Of a stretch of DNA of 15,307 bases, positions 1 to 7,003 are shown piece by piece. Origin of the DNA: a virus (Duplodnaviria; Heunggongvirae; Uroviricota; Caudoviricetes); IMG/VR virus record IMGVR_UViG_2617270953_000003, positions 1 to 15,307 of that record; one strand, given 5' to 3'. The notes below the pieces were generated by a model. It saw only the letters and a program-made list of their open reading frames with translations. It did not search any database and was not told the origin of the DNA. The position numbers and the translations under genes were made by a program. Each line of letters begins with the position of its first letter. The first letter of the stretch is position 1.

Positions 1-1
1 G

Positions 2-346
2 TTAGTCCTTGCGTAGCTCGCTGATTCTTCTGTAAGTCTCTGGTGCTTTGTTCCCGTACGTCTTCATTTCAGACTTCAACAGAGCAACGAGTGAATCCCA
101 TTCGTTGAGGATTCCTTTGAATGCCGGAACGCGCTTTGCAACCTTGTCGAATGAATCTCTGATTTCTGGAATCTGCTCAACAAGTGCAACGCATCGTCGG
201 AAATCTGCTGCGTCATGTGGAGCGCCGAAGTGATGACCATAGATATTCTTTTTCAGTCCACATGCGATTGAGGCAATAGTTGCGCTACTGATGCCGACAT
301 CGCCAGTCGATTGCCATTTCAAAACCTTCATAGCCAAATCTGACAT
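2..346 (-). CDS. hypothetical protein (about 114 aa), early-left accessory gene
   Basis: Complete ORF with stop at 2-4. The tracked ATG at 373 lies inside a terminator hairpin; the internal ATG at 344-346 (MSDLAMKV...) has a GGAGA Shine-Dalgarno about 7 nt upstream. No family recognised. Confidence 0.5.
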   Translation of the reverse strand: MSDLAMKVLKWQSTGDVGISSATIASIACGLKKNIYGHHFGAPHDAADFRRCVALVEQIPEIRDSFDKVAKRVPAFKGILNEWDSLVALLKSEMKTYGNKAPETYRRISELRKD

Positions 347-360
347 TTCTTGTCTCCAAT

Positions 361-382
361 AAAAAACCGCCATCAGGCGGCT
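361..382 (-). terminator. intrinsic terminator (5-bp GC stem ccgcc/ggcgg, 4-nt loop, T6 tail on minus strand)
   Basis: Plus strand reads aaaaaa-ccgcc-atca-ggcgg; read on the minus strand this is a hairpin followed by TTTTTT. Confidence 0.55.
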
Positions 383-446
383 TGGTGTTCTTTCAGTTCT
401 TCAATTCGAATATTGGTTACATTGTTTTCATATATGAATAAATAAA

Positions 447-626
447 TTAGCTTTTTTCGTTGCCTTCGCTTTCTTTATTAATTTTGACAAACTCGTTTTT
501 ACCACGCTCTCCAAATGCGTCTTTAGAGTCGTTGTATCCGCAATCGCAGCACACATAATCATCAGACCATCCACGCATTGTTTTTTCTTTTGCAATATTT
601 CCAGAACCGCATTTTGGACAAGACAT
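447..626 (-). CDS. small zinc-ribbon protein (59 aa, two CxxC pairs)
   Basis: ATG at 624-626 preceded by GGAGG at 7 nt spacing; protein MSCPKCGSG...CCDCGY has a CxxC...CxxC arrangement. Confidence 0.5.
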   Translation of the reverse strand: MSCPKCGSGNIAKEKTMRGWSDDYVCCDCGYNDSKDAFGERGKNEFVKINKESEGNEKS

Positions 627-722
627 ATCACTACCTCCAAAGCATGAGTGAGATGACAACGTAACATTGATTGGAGATTAACAATAGATTGCTGATGTAA
701 AAGATATGTATAAGCTTCGCTT

Positions 723-1361
723 TCAAAGTGGAGGCTCTGGTAGCGGCATCCAGTGTGACGGCTCACATACCCCCTCAACACCATTCATGTAAAAGAATTG
801 AAATAACCCTTTACCTTTGTGAAACCCTACCATCTGCTCTTTAGTGTCTGAGCAATAAACCAAAACATCTTCTTCGTTTGGCATTCGATCACTACAGCTT
901 ATCCAACCATCAGGAGTTACCGGAGAGTTGCCACCGGGAATATTTTCCGGAATATTTTGTTGTGCGTTTTGTGGTTGTTCGGATTTACCCTGAAGCATGG
1001 CGGCGCGGCAGGCGTTCCAGCCAGCTGTTCGCCCAAGCGCGTAAACTTCAGATGGCTCAAGATAATCAATGTCATGCCCATCCTCATCGTCGTTCTCAGG
1101 TAATGCAGCAGGTACTACCGGTACTGGCGGAGCGGCGTAGACTTCAATAATCCCATTATCAATAGGCCATTCCCCATCCTTGATGTAGTCACTTGTGCCG
1201 TCAACTTGCTGTTCTGCAATGTGGAATGCGCCAATAGGCTCTGCTTCCAGCGATGCCAGTGCGATTTCATAAGCCCGACGCTCAATATTGTCTCGGACGT
1301 CCAGGCTGCCTATACGCTCTTTGATTTCTTTAATCAGTTCTTTGTCGGTGAACGTTGTCAT
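723..1361 (-). CDS. DUF551-like phage protein (212 aa)
   Basis: C-terminal ...VLVYC...VGF...FF...HWMPLPEPP resembles the DUF551 signature common in lambdoid early-left regions; AAGGA RBS 5-6 nt upstream of the ATG. Confidence 0.55.
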   Translation of the reverse strand: MTTFTDKELIKEIKERIGSLDVRDNIERRAYEIALASLEAEPIGAFHIAEQQVDGTSDYIKDGEWPIDNGIIEVYAAPPVPVVPAALPENDDEDGHDIDYLEPSEVYALGRTAGWNACRAAMLQGKSEQPQNAQQNIPENIPGGNSPVTPDGWISCSDRMPNEEDVLVYCSDTKEQMVGFHKGKGLFQFFYMNGVEGVCEPSHWMPLPEPPL

Positions 1362-1371
1362 GTGTTAGTCC

Positions 1372-1635
1372 TTATCCTGCTGTGCTTTCAACTGATGAGG
1401 GGAATAAAATCTTTTCATCAAATCCGGCATTCATATCATGGACAGCAACACACCAATCCACCGACGAACGATTATCAAGAGCCTCCATGATTTCATCCAT
1501 GCGGCGTAGGTCATAAAGGTAAATGCTTTTATCGCCAATGGTGTAAAAACCAATTTTTTTCGGTGATGGACAGCGATCAAGAACGTCCTGTAATTCGCTC
1601 AACCATGCTTGTTCTTTTTTTGTCAAAGTTGCCAT
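1372..1635 (-). CDS. hypothetical protein (87 aa)
   Basis: ATG at 1633-1635 with AAGGAG RBS at 6 nt spacing; tightly packed against flanking genes. Confidence 0.5.
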   Translation of the reverse strand: MATLTKKEQAWLSELQDVLDRCPSPKKIGFYTIGDKSIYLYDLRRMDEIMEALDNRSSVDWCVAVHDMNAGFDEKILFPSSVESTAG

Positions 1636-1636
1636 A

Positions 1637-2128
1637 TCACTCTCCTTTGATGCGAATGCCAGTGGTACTCATTCTCCTGATTTCCCAGAGCACACGAGGA
1701 ACACCACCGTTTCCGACCGGATCGCGCTTACTCCGCATGGCGACGCTTGATTCCGCCCAGCTTTTTCTTGGAGGAAGCTCTTTCACACGAACAAAACCAG
1801 CTGCGCGAAGAGATGCTCCTGATTCATCTGCCTGGGTGTACGTAATACAACGTTGATAACCCATAGCCTTTGCTGCCCGCCAGACAGCACCATAAAGCGC
1901 GCTGTTAGCGTTGCGTTCTCCTGTGGTACATGTGCGATTTACTTCAAGCGTTAATCCATCGTCCAAATGTCGTGCAACAGGTCGACCAGCTGTCGCCACA
2001 CCTATCAATTCTCCGGCATTATTTCTCAGACCAATGCTGAATTTATGCCCCACTGGTGGTTTATTGTGTCGGTGGTGCTGTGCGATAAATTCCTGCGCCG
2101 CTTTCAGCGTTATAGGTGAAATGACCAT
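1637..2128 (-). CDS. hypothetical protein (163 aa), possibly GNAT-fold-like
   Basis: ATG at 2126-2128 with AGGAGG RBS; overlaps the upstream stop by 1 nt (TGATG). Weak GNAT-like pattern (...GVATAG..., ...ALYGAVWRAAKAMGY...AAGF). Confidence 0.5.
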   Translation of the reverse strand: MVISPITLKAAQEFIAQHHRHNKPPVGHKFSIGLRNNAGELIGVATAGRPVARHLDDGLTLEVNRTCTTGERNANSALYGAVWRAAKAMGYQRCITYTQADESGASLRAAGFVRVKELPPRKSWAESSVAMRSKRDPVGNGGVPRVLWEIRRMSTTGIRIKGE

Positions 2129-2607
2129 CACTCAGACTCCTCCTTGATGCCAGCGGCGCGGGAATCATTCCATCGCTTTACTTCTTCACTAATTACGTCA
2201 ATGCATTCTTTCGAATCCATTAGGTAATCTTCATCAAAAAGACGTTCCTGTTCGTTTTCTATCGCAACAATGATTGCTTCAACTAATTTTTGTGCCTGAG
2301 AATCACTTTCTAACTCTGCAATGCGCTTACTCCCATCCGAGATAACACCTTCGTAATACTCACGCTGCTCGTTGAGTTTTGATTTTGTCTCCTCAAGCTC
2401 AACACGCAGCTTCCCTACCGTTAGCGCAATATCCTCGTTCTCCTGGTCGCGGCGTTTGATGTATTGCTGGTTTCTTTCCCGTTCATCCAGTAGTGCCAGC
2501 ACAACCTGAGGTGTGACCTTCATACGAAATGCCAGCAATTTTTGTGGTGTGGCTGCTATTTTTATTGCTTCTGCCGCATCACGCAGTGCCTGATAGTCAA
2601 TTGTCAT
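2128..2607 (-). CDS. coiled-coil-rich phage protein (159 aa), Ea22-type slot
   Basis: ATG at 2605-2607 overlaps the upstream stop (ATGA). Sequence rich in E/K/R/L/Q heptad-like stretches. Confidence 0.5.
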   Translation of the reverse strand: MTIDYQALRDAAEAIKIAATPQKLLAFRMKVTPQVVLALLDERERNQQYIKRRDQENEDIALTVGKLRVELEETKSKLNEQREYYEGVISDGSKRIAELESDSQAQKLVEAIIVAIENEQERLFDEDYLMDSKECIDVISEEVKRWNDSRAAGIKEESE

Positions 2608-3248
2608 TCTCGCCATCCTTCACAGTTGTAATCACTACAGCCTTCAAAATCATATGGGCTGTACTGCCAGGAGATTTTTCCGCAATGCGGACAATTCCAA
2701 CGCACCTTCCCGCTTCGCGACTTCTTTCTTCTGTTCTGCTCTTTCAACCAGTCAGGCATGACCAAACCTGCGCCCTGAACCATTGTTCTGCGGTTAAAGT
2801 TATTGATATTGAACGTCCTGCGCTTTGCTGCATCAGCAATGGAAAATGGCAACCAAACTATTCCTGGTTCGTTTTTGTTGGCGACGCTAAAGATGGTCGC
2901 TTTACTGAAGTCATCTGTTGGCAATCCACCGTGTTGAAGCCAGTAAACATCGTTGCCGTTCCAGCTACCTTTTTTGTAGGCCACATACGCAGTGCAATCT
3001 GACTCAATCAGGCTTTCTGTAGGGATGTACTGGCAATCAACGTGCCACACTGCCATTGCATCCACGCTATCAGCGCAAACAGGCTGATCGATATCTCGCC
3101 CACAATTCCAGGCTTTTTGGGCTTCTTCCAGCGTGTAAACATGAGCGCGATCGATATCAGAACTGTAACCATTGCCGTTATGGCAATGGAATGAAGCGTT
3201 ATTGCCCACAGTTTCACGCGAGCACATCATGTAAAAACGGTTAGTCAC
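2604..3248 (-). CDS. hypothetical protein with Cys/His clusters (214 aa), GTG start
   Basis: AAGGAGG RBS (plus-strand cctcctt at 3255-3261) 6 nt upstream of GTG at 3246-3248, overlapping the upstream stop (GTGA). C-terminal CPHCG...C...C and N-terminal CHNGNG motifs. Confidence 0.5.
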   Translation of the reverse strand: MTNRFYMMCSRETVGNNASFHCHNGNGYSSDIDRAHVYTLEEAQKAWNCGRDIDQPVCADSVDAMAVWHVDCQYIPTESLIESDCTAYVAYKKGSWNGNDVYWLQHGGLPTDDFSKATIFSVANKNEPGIVWLPFSIADAAKRRTFNINNFNRRTMVQGAGLVMPDWLKEQNRRKKSRSGKVRWNCPHCGKISWQYSPYDFEGCSDYNCEGWRE

Positions 3249-3412
3249 TGGCTGCCTCCTTTGCGCCACATCGCATTCAGATATTTGTTTTCATTCACTG
3301 ATGGAAAAGAATTTCTCTTAAGTAATTCCTCTCTCGATGGCATTGGCTTTACGCGTTGGCGAATAATCATTTCTGCCGGAAGAATGCCGGGATTGTATGC
3401 AAGTCCTCTCAT
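3245..3412 (-). CDS. small hypothetical protein (55 aa)
   Basis: ATG at 3410-3412 with GAGGA RBS at 7 nt spacing; the longer tracked ORF (to 3562) overlaps the upstream gene and lacks an RBS. Confidence 0.35.
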   Translation of the reverse strand: MRGLAYNPGILPAEMIIRQRVKPMPSREELLKRNSFPSVNENKYLNAMWRKGGSQ

Positions 3413-3422
3413 GGTAAATTCC

Positions 3423-3716
3423 TCAGTCATTACTGATAGCGCCATAACGTGAGCGGTAATTACGCAGGCGCGGGTCAATTTCAGGGAAGTGGGTATATGT
3501 GGCTTTGCGGAATGGTCGGATTGATGTCTGGTAAATTCGCTCGCGTTCTTCTTTCTCTGCAAGCCATATACAGTGGCGAAATTCCTTTTCCTCTTTCGTT
3601 TCCTGCGGTAGAGACATTATCCGGTCGTAGTTTTTTCTGAATTTATCCAGCACCTCCGATACGGAATTGCCGGAACAGCGGCGCACGTCGTCCGCACCAT
3701 ACAGAGGCGCTGGCAT
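3423..3716 (-). CDS. Abc2-like (anti-RecBCD) candidate, 97 aa
   Basis: Sits promoter-distal to erf, where P22-like phages carry abc genes; similar size to P22 Abc2; AAGGA RBS. Identity is from recall and position only. Confidence 0.45.
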   Translation of the reverse strand: MPAPLYGADDVRRCSGNSVSEVLDKFRKNYDRIMSLPQETKEEKEFRHCIWLAEKEERERIYQTSIRPFRKATYTHFPEIDPRLRNYRSRYGAISND

Positions 3717-3739
3717 AATTAAATCCTTATTGTTCTAAA

Positions 3740-4123
3740 TCAGAATGGGATGGAATCGTCGTATACAGGAGTGTTCTGCTGGTTACTACTTTGCCGCTGC
3801 GGGCCATTTCCTGAAGCTGCAAATCCAATCTTTGCATTCAGTAATTCAAGAGTGATTGATTGACCATTTTGCCCCTGATAAACATCAACCCTGATGTTTT
3901 CTCCGGTAATTTCCACAATTCCACCTTCAACAAGAACACTACGGTAGTAATCCGCTTGCGCTCCCGGCTTGGCAAATACAACGGCGCTGTAGTTTATCCA
4001 TTCTTTCTTTTTTGTCTGGCGATCGTAATACTGAACGCCAGCACGGATGTTGAATCCGATATTTTCCCCGGCCTGAAACTCTCTTGCGGGCTTGTTTAGT
4101 CTTACAGTAATCGAATGTGCCAT
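3740..4123 (-). CDS. ssb: single-stranded DNA-binding protein (short SSB, 127 aa)
   Basis: C-terminal acidic tail ...PVYDDSIPF matches the SSB DDDIPF-type tail; ATG at 4121-4123 overlaps the erf stop (TAATG). Confidence 0.6.
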   Translation of the reverse strand: MAHSITVRLNKPAREFQAGENIGFNIRAGVQYYDRQTKKKEWINYSAVVFAKPGAQADYYRSVLVEGGIVEITGENIRVDVYQGQNGQSITLELLNAKIGFAASGNGPQRQSSNQQNTPVYDDSIPF

Positions 4124-4728
4124 TAAGCAGCCGCTCCTTCTAATTCGTCTCGTCTGATGTTGTAAACGTCCTGCGCTTTGTGCTGCTCCGGTGTGCCTTC
4201 GAGCATCTTCCACGCTTTGGCGAACGCCTGTTTAAGCTCTTCCACGGTGTTTTTCTGCATTGCTGCGTCAGTGAATGCTTTTAGAACCTGTTCAGGTGTA
4301 GGTGATGGTTTTGATTGCTTTGCTGCTGCGTTCTGCTGATGTTTATGCTCGTCTGTATCTGCATCTTTCGCATCATCAATGCCGAACAAACCATTAAGGC
4401 AATACTTGCGCGCATAAGAGCTTGTAGCTCCAGTAACTTGTGCAGAATCCATTCCTTTCTTGCTTTCTTCCTCTCTTGCGAGAGCGGTTGCCGTATGACT
4501 GTTTTCGCCATCGGTAATAGTTGCCGTGGCTTTCACGTAATACCGATCACCAATCAACACAACTTCATCGCTGATTGATAAAAACAGGCCATTCAGTAAC
4601 GGCTTAACGCCTTCAAGAATGTCTTCGCAGCTTCTGTATTTATATTTACCGAATGAGTTGTACTGATTCTTTGGCGCGTTCAGATTCTCCTGAATAGCTG
4701 CCAGTCTTGCATAAAATTCTTTGCTCAT
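4123..4728 (-). CDS. erf: Erf-family single-strand annealing recombinase (201 aa)
   Basis: N-terminus MSKEFYARLA...NAPKNQYNSFGKYKYRSCEDILEGVKPLL matches my recall of P22 Erf; ATG at 4726-4728. Confidence 0.8.
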   Translation of the reverse strand: MSKEFYARLAAIQENLNAPKNQYNSFGKYKYRSCEDILEGVKPLLNGLFLSISDEVVLIGDRYYVKATATITDGENSHTATALAREEESKKGMDSAQVTGATSSYARKYCLNGLFGIDDAKDADTDEHKHQQNAAAKQSKPSPTPEQVLKAFTDAAMQKNTVEELKQAFAKAWKMLEGTPEQHKAQDVYNIRRDELEGAAA

Positions 4729-4829
4729 ATGATTGTTCTCAGAATGGACACGGCCCAAGGAAATAACGCTGATTTAATACTTCTACTCGGGACAAATTAA
4801 GGCATACCCGCATTCCTTCGCGGTCGCCA

Positions 4830-4988
4830 TTATGGCGATACCAGAGAGCTTTCTGCGTGTACATGCGTCTCTGTAACTTGCTCTCCTTCACTGTGGTTGC
4901 AAGTGACATGAATATCTCCTTCGTTACCGATTAAATCTTTCATCTGACGAATGAATTCTTCGTCTGACCAGTTATCTGTAAAACTCAT
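4830..4988 (-). CDS. small hypothetical protein (52 aa) in the kil position
   Basis: ATG at 4986-4988 overlaps the stop of the CIII-like gene (ATGA coupling); no recognisable family. Confidence 0.4.
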   Translation of the reverse strand: MSFTDNWSDEEFIRQMKDLIGNEGDIHVTCNHSEGEQVTETHVHAESSLVSP

Positions 4989-5155
4989 GGGCGGCCTTGT
5001 TGTTTCAAAATATCCCAAAGCTTTTCGAGCAAGCTTTTCATTCTTGGTTGTTTAAAGTCTGCTCCGGTTAAAATATTTTTTCGTGAATGCTGCACCGATA
5101 AAATCGGGTTGAAAGGGCGAACCGATGCCGCCCCTGCAATAGCGAACTGTTGCAT
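4985..5155 (-). CDS. CIII-like protein (56 aa; FtsH/HflB inhibitor family)
   Basis: Start MQQFAIAG resembles lambda CIII MQYAIAG; amphipathic LLEKLWDILKQ segment; AAGGAG RBS 6 nt upstream of ATG at 5153-5155. Confidence 0.5.
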   Translation of the reverse strand: MQQFAIAGAASVRPFNPILSVQHSRKNILTGADFKQPRMKSLLEKLWDILKQQGRP

Positions 5156-5238
5156 AGGATGCTCCTTCTGTTTGATTGCATAACGAAAATGCCTCTCGTG
5201 AAGCATTATTGGTATGCGGTAAAGCCGCGCTTGGCGGC

Positions 5239-5655
5239 TTATTTGAAGATTTCTATGAAATCAAGAACTGATGATATTTCGTGGTTGAACGATTTTCTTT
5301 TGTATCTTTCTATCGCAGAATCCACCTGGTGTTTATAGTCATCGTCGTTTGAGTATTTAACGAAGCATTCTATTGTCTCAGGCGTTACAGCTATAAGGCT
5401 CCACCAACCTTCATCAGATTGATATTCAAATCCCATGCTTTCAAGCCATCCAGCATATTTCCCTCCAGCATCTTGCCAGTGTGTTTTTTCTGCAAGGAAG
5501 CTGTTAACCGTCATATGTGCATCAAGGCATTTATCCAACTGTTTACCATTAAGTAGCCATGCGCTGACAGTTGCACAACCCAAATCAACTGATTGAGTAG
5601 AGATATTGAATTGGTCGTAATTATCTGGATTAACCAGAATATCTGTAATTTTCAT
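5239..5655 (-). CDS. hypothetical acidic, Trp-rich protein (138 aa), ea10-position cargo
   Basis: ATG at 5653-5655 with GGAGG RBS at 4 nt; immediately preceded by an intrinsic terminator; no family recognised. Confidence 0.55.
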   Translation of the reverse strand: MKITDILVNPDNYDQFNISTQSVDLGCATVSAWLLNGKQLDKCLDAHMTVNSFLAEKTHWQDAGGKYAGWLESMGFEYQSDEGWWSLIAVTPETIECFVKYSNDDDYKHQVDSAIERYKRKSFNHEISSVLDFIEIFK

Positions 5656-5667
5656 AATTCCTCCGTC

Positions 5668-5696
5668 AAAAAAATTGCCCTCACACTGGAGGGCAA
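5668..5696 (-). terminator. intrinsic terminator within the pL operon (8-bp stem ttgccctc/gagggcaa, 6-nt loop, T7 tail on minus strand)
   Basis: Perfect 8-bp inverted repeat at 5675-5682 and 5689-5696 with an A7 run at 5668-5674 (T7 on the minus strand). Confidence 0.6.
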
Positions 5697-5830
5697 AGAA
5701 GATTTCCAATAATCAGAACAAGTCGGCTCCTGTTTAGTTACGAGCGACATTGCTCCGTGTATTCACTCGTTGGAATGAATACACAGTGCAGTGTTTATTC
5801 TGTTGTTTATGCCAAAAATGAAGGCCACCA

Positions 5831-6031
5831 TCAGGCAGCCTTGTTGTTCTGTTTACCAAGTTCTCTGGCAATCATTGCCGTCGTTCGTATTGCCCATTTA
5901 TCGACATATTTCCCATCCTCCATTACAGGAAACATTTCTTCAGGCTTAACCATGCATTCCGATTGCAGCTTGCATCCATTGCATCGCTTGAATTGTCCAC
6001 ACCATTGATTTTTATCAATAGTCGTAGTCAT
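5831..6031 (-). CDS. ral: Ral restriction-alleviation protein (66 aa)
   Basis: Sequence MTTTIDKNQWCGQFKRCNGCKLQSEC... matches my recall of lambda Ral; correct size and position downstream of N. Confidence 0.6.
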   Translation of the reverse strand: MTTTIDKNQWCGQFKRCNGCKLQSECMVKPEEMFPVMEDGKYVDKWAIRTTAMIARELGKQNNKAA

Positions 6032-6101
6032 ACGGATAGTCCTGGTATTGTTCCATCACATCCTGAGGATGCTCTTCGAACTCTTCAAATTCTTCTTCCA
6101 T
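6015..6101 (-). CDS. acidic 28-aa ORF (lambda orf28-like), overlaps ral start
   Basis: Hand-translated MEEEFEEFEEHPQDVMEQYQDYPYDYDY; GAGGTGA RBS 4-5 nt upstream of ATG at 6099-6101. Below the track's size cutoff. Confidence 0.3.
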   Translation of the reverse strand: MEEEFEEFEEHPQDVMEQYQDYPYDYDY

Positions 6102-6159
6102 ATATCACCTCAAATAAGTGGTTTGCTGCCTAATTTTATTTTCTGGCGACCAACACAAG

Positions 6160-6543
6160 TCATCTCGCCGTCAGTTGTTTTGATTTCCGGTATCCTGCTG
6201 CGTAAAGAGCTACATTTGGAAGACATACACCAGTTTCTGGTTGCTTATGTCCAAACTCATTCGCGTACACAATGGCCGCTCTCTCCAGATTGCGTCTGTA
6301 TTCTTTCTGTTGCCAGATCACGTCCTGTGCCATGAACTTAATTGGCTTAGCGTCTTCTATGCGCTCAGGCGTTTCGTGAGTACCTTTAGCCTGAATCTGC
6401 GCTCTGCTTAGAGTAGGGCGGTGTAATACTTCTGAACTTATTGCTTCTTCGCGGGCCAGTACGCCGTTAGCTAATGCCTTTGCCTTTAAACGCTCACGAC
6501 GACGAGAACGTGAATTGCCTTTGAACTGAGTTCTGCGTGTCAT
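6160..6543 (-). CDS. N: N-type transcription antiterminator, P22 gene-24-like (127 aa)
   Basis: AGGAGG RBS 6 nt upstream of ATG at 6541-6543; N-terminal arginine-rich motif RRTQFKGNSRSRRRERLKAK; C-terminus ...VALYAAGYRKSKQLTAR resembles P22 N; first gene after pL and nutL. Confidence 0.7.
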   Translation of the reverse strand: MTRRTQFKGNSRSRRRERLKAKALANGVLAREEAISSEVLHRPTLSRAQIQAKGTHETPERIEDAKPIKFMAQDVIWQQKEYRRNLERAAIVYANEFGHKQPETGVCLPNVALYAAGYRKSKQLTAR

Positions 6544-6671
6544 ATAGACCTCCTGGTGAACTTTGGCGGTGAATACAGCCGGGCGACTAACTCCGGTAGC
6601 GTAATCATTGCAAAGCGCCTCCGCCGAGAAGGTTAGCTTCTGCATTCACCCCAAAGTTCACTTTGGTTATT

Positions 6672-6686
6672 GCGCTTTGTCAGCGC
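6672..6686 (-). promoter_or_regulatory. nutL boxB hairpin, P22 type (GCGCUGACAAAGCGC on the transcript)
   Basis: Plus strand gcgctttgtcagcgc is the reverse complement of GCGCTGACAAAGCGC: 5-bp stem with GACAA loop, between pL and N. Confidence 0.7.
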
Positions 6687-6754
6687 CGTAGATTCATATT
6701 TGAATCGTTGTATATTCACCGCCCTGGTGAGTAGTGCGTCCTGCTGATGTGTTT

Positions 6755-6817
6755 AGTATCACCGCCAGTGGTATTTATGTCAACACCGCTAGAGATAATT
6801 CATCACCGCAGATGGTT
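6755..6817 (-). promoter_or_regulatory. OL1-OL2-OL3 operators and pL promoter (lambda immunity type)
   Basis: 17-mers tatcaccgccagtggta (6757-6773), caacaccgctagagata (6781-6797), catcaccgcagatggtt (6801-6817); on the minus strand -35 TTGACA (6778-6783) and -10 GATACT (6755-6760). Confidence 0.85.
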
Positions 6818-6902
6818 ATCTGTATGTTTTTTATATGAATTTATTTTTTGCAGGGGTGCATTGTTTGGTAGGTGAGAGATCTGAACTGCTATGTTTAGTG
6901 AG

Positions 6903-6932
6903 TTGTATCTATTTATTTTCAAATAGATACAA
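6903..6932. repeat. perfect 12-bp inverted repeat with 6-bp spacer (ttgtatctattt-attttc-aaatagatacaa)
   Basis: Arms 6903-6914 and 6921-6932 are exact reverse complements; AT-rich; lies between the tImm-like terminator and OL3. Confidence 0.6.
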
Positions 6933-6970
6933 TTGGTTATGTGTTCTTGGGTGAGGGGGATCGTGAGGCA

Positions 6971-6995
6971 AAGAAAACCCGGCTCTGTGGCCGGG
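6971..6995 (-). terminator. tImm-like intrinsic terminator ending the cI operon
   Basis: Stem cccggc/gccggg (6978-6983, 6990-6995), 6-nt loop, TTTTCTT tail on the minus strand; begins about 10 nt after the stop at 7004. Confidence 0.6.
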
Positions 6996-7003
6996 AATAA
7001 CAT

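Noticed and set aside
428-784. 118-aa minus-strand ORF overlapping the DUF551 gene and the zinc-ribbon ORF
   Set aside because: Low-complexity, implausible sequence in a different frame from two better-supported genes; no RBS.
2529-3002. 157-aa plus-strand ORF (similarly 48-233, 878-1150, 1206-1490, 1563-1856, 1911-2147, 3860-4099, 4315-4578, 5150-5338, 5757-6008, 6048-6335)
   Set aside because: All lie antisense to tightly packed, RBS-supported minus-strand genes in the leftward operon; typical shadow ORFs.
1637-3716. Long N-terminal extensions in the ORF track (starts at 2131, 2616, 3269, 3562, 4213, 4758, 5206, 5709, 6645, 10289, 11799, 12194, 12688, 14479)
   Set aside because: Each extension overlaps the upstream gene and lacks an RBS, whereas an internal start has a clear Shine-Dalgarno or a coupled overlap; the shorter coordinates are reported instead.
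4783-4830. 15-aa minus-strand ORF after the kil-position gene
   Set aside because: Too short, no RBS, no distinctive features.
6803-7003. 66-aa minus-strand ORF across the AT-rich spacer
   Set aside because: It begins beyond the terminator hairpin, runs through the palindrome and OL3, and has no RBS; the region is better explained as regulatory DNA.
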